DNA from: the human T2T-CHM13v2.0 reference genome, Homo sapiens | Assembly: GCF_009914755.1 (NCBI RefSeq) | Contig: NC_060926.1 | DNA: 64,000 bases | Reading direction: 5' to 3' (one strand) | Shown here: positions 61,169-64,000 of the stretch, piece by piece | Position numbering within the stretch: the first letter of the stretch is position 1 | Layout of the letters: each line of letters starts with the position of its first letter | The notes under the pieces: model-generated | What the model was told of the DNA's origin: nothing | What the model saw: only the letters and a program-made list of their open reading frames with translations | Database searches by the model: none | Translations under genes and position numbers: made by a program

Positions 61169-62905
61169 TATGTATTTTAAAAATTCTAAGGAATCCACAA
61201 AAAGCTACTAGAAATAATGAATGAGAGTCCAGCAAGGCTGTAGGACACAATATCAATATACAAAAATTGTATTTCTATACACTAGCAATAAACAATCTGA
61301 AAATGAATTAAATAATTCCATTTGTAATAGCATAGAAAAAATAAGATACTTAGGAATACAGTGAAAAGAATTTCAAGACATATGAACTATACATAACACA
61401 CTGTCGAAAGAAATTAAAGATGACTTAAATAATTGGAAAGACTCCTGTTCATGAATTGAAAGACATTAAGACAGTAACACTCCTCAAATTGATCTAAAAT
61501 ACAAACACTATCAAAATCCCAGCTGTCTTTTAGCGAAAATTGACATGCCAATTGCAAAATTCATATGGAAATATAAGGGATCCAAAAAATCAAGAAAAAC
61601 TTGAAAAAGTACAACAAAGGTTGGAGGACTCGAACCTCCCTATATCAAAACTTCCTAAAAAGATATAGTAATCAAGACAGTAGAGTAGTTACACAAGGAC
61701 AAACAGGTAGATTAGTGGAATACAACTGATAACCCAGAAATAAACCATTACATTTATGGTCAACTGACTTTCACAAGGGTGCCAAGGCAACTCAATAAGA
61801 AAAAAACAGTCTTTTAAACAAATGGTGCTAGGACAACTGGATATCCAACTGCAAAACAAATGACGTTGGATTCTTCTACTTCATATCACACATAAAAGTT
61901 AACTCATAACGGCCGAAAGACTCAAAGTTAAGAGCTTAAACTAGAAAACTCTTTTATCTTTGTTTCTTATCTTTTTGTTGTTGTTATTGTCGCTGAGACA
62001 AGGTCTCACTCTGTCACCCATGCTGGAGTGGAGTGGTGCAAAAGCAGGCAGCCTCAGCTTCCTGGGCTCAAACAATCCTCCTGCCTCAGCCTCCCAAAGT
62101 GCTGGGATTGTAAGCATCAGTCACAGCACCTAGCCAGAAAACTCTTTAAGAAAAAAATAAGTGTAAATTTTCATGACTTTGGATTAGGCAATTGTTTCTT
62201 ACATATAACACCAAAAGCAGAAACAACAAAAGAAGAAAAAAGATAAATTGGACTTCATTAAAATTAAAAACTTTCACCACAAATAAAGTGGAAAGATACC
62301 ACACAGAACGAGAGAAAACACTTGCAAACCAATTCTCTGATAAGAGACTTGTACTCAGAATATATTGAAAAACTTTTACAACAGTAAAAAACAATTTAAA
62401 ATAGACAACAGATTTGAATAGACATTTCTCCAAAGAAGGTACACAAATGGCCAATAAGCACATGAAAAAATACTCAACATCATTTAGTCATTATAAAAAT
62501 GCAAACCAAAACCACAATGAGATACCACTTCATACCCCCTAGGATGGCTATAATCAAAAAGATGAGCAATAAAAAGTGTTAACAAAAAGTGATGAAGATT
62601 AGAAGCCTCATAGATTGCTGATGGGAATGTAAAATTCAGCCACTGTGAAAAACAATTTGGCAGTTCCTCAGAAAATTAAATACAGAGTTATCTTATTACC
62701 TGGCAATTCCACTCCTAGGAATTTTCACCCAAGAAACTAGAAAACACAAAAACTTAACACACAAATGTTCATAGCAGCATTATTCATGATAGCCAAAAAG
62801 AGGAGACAGACAACCCAAATGTCTATCAAGTGATGAATGGATTGTTTTAAAAAAAGGTATATCCATATAACAGAATATTATTAGGCCATAAAACGAAATG
62901 AAGTG

Positions 62906-63234
62906 CAGTAGTCCTCCCTTACCTGCATTTTCCCTTTCCCTGGTTAGAGTTTCCTGCAGTCAACCACAGTTAAAAATTAGGTGAGTATAGTACAATGAGA
63001 TATTTTGAGAAAGACACCACATTCATTTAACTTTAGTATACTGTTACCATGATTCTCTTTCATTGTTAAAGTTGTTAATTTCTTACTGTAACTAATTTAT
63101 AAATTTAACTTTATCATAGTTATGTATAGATAGGAATAAACAGTATATATAGGGTTCAGTCCTATCTGCAGTTTCTAGGGCATACGCTAGGGGTCTTAGA
63201 GTCTTACCCCTCAAGAATAAGGGGGAAACTACTG
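62906..63234 (+). mobile_element. MER44A (Tigger-derived MITE)
   Basis: Inverted termini cagtagtcctcccttac / ataagggggaaactactg. Confidence 0.8.
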
Positions 63235-64000
63235 TACTGATACATGTTACAACCCAGATGAATCTTGAAAACATATGCTAAGTGAAAGAAGCCAGTCACA
63301 AAAGGCCATATATTTTATGATTCTGTTTATATGAAGTGCCTTGAATATGCAAGTTATGAATTCTGTAGAGACAGAAAGTAGATAAGTGATTGTCAGGGGC
63401 TGGGGAAAAAGGGAAGAGGAGTGACTGCTAGAGGGTGTGGGGGGCTTTTTTTGGGAGGGGGGTGAAGAAAATGTCCTGGAAATAGATTTAAAACTTTAAA
63501 AAAATAGTCATTTCAACATACTTCTCTACTAGGTTGTAAACTCCATAAAAGAACATGTATGTCTTACTACCTAACTTTATCCCCAGAGCTGAGCAGAAAG
63601 CCAAAAACAACTAAATTTTCAATATTACTGTTGACTGATTAGAATGAATGAATACCTTATGACAGGTCACTAATTCTAATTGATTTATTTAAAAAATGTT
63701 TCTACGCTTTAGACTTAACATTTATTTTATTTACACTATTTTCAGATGTCTACATTTATTAAATAACAAATAATGCTTTCAGGTAATTTATAAAAAAGAA
63801 AACACTGTTTTGCAGGCTTGTCTCCCCTTACTAGACCCTGGAAAACTGATAAATGCCTTTCATCTTTATATTCCCATTACCTACATCATTAATGCTTGCT
63901 GCACTGTCTGAATAGCGGCCAGATTATTTTTAGAACAGAAACATTTAAATTCATTTTCAAATTAAAATAAAGGACACCTTTCAATAAGAACTACAGGATC

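Larger units (their letters stand above)
59455..63480 (+). mobile_element. Degenerate L1M (ORF2 remnant plus 3'UTR) interrupted by MER6, Alus and MER44A
   Basis: ctgataccaaaatcagacaaagacatcac, gatgcagaaaaagcat, aaatggtgctaggacaactggatatcc, cacaatgagataccact. Confidence 0.85.

Noticed and set aside
59451-62463. ORFs in the L1 region
   Set aside because: Frameshifted fragments of a dead L1 or of MER6

Overview
Human genomic DNA (Alu/L1/MIR/MER-rich), recognisable as the EML6-RTN4 junction on chr2p16.1. The + strand carries the 3' third of EML6: 14 canonical GT-AG coding exons from 14085 to the stop at 35283-35285, encoding the TAPE2-TAPE3 linker, third HELP motif and WD40 repeats, with a 3'UTR to about 37212. 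The - strand carries the six reticulon-homology-domain exons of RTN4/Nogo (52914 to stop at 38345), including Nogo-66, with a 3'UTR ending near 37378. The two genes converge with only about 165 bp between them. The best new signal is a set of frame-preserving microexons in EML6 introns: 15 nt (11863-11877), 9 nt (13209-13217) and 21 nt (18499-18519). Each has UGC motifs just upstream of the acceptor. Together they rebuild RQGIVKGSRPP and GDITETPG, which match inserts I recall from the paralog EML5 (RQGVVRGSRPP, GDSADMSA). Nearby are a candidate stop/poly(A) terminal exon, a three-acceptor cassette and a 3.2-kb mosaic polypyrimidine tract. Gene and repeat names come from recall, not database searches. 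The long Pro-rich and Gly/Glu/Arg-rich ORFs at 7.2-10.6 kb are low-complexity artefacts.
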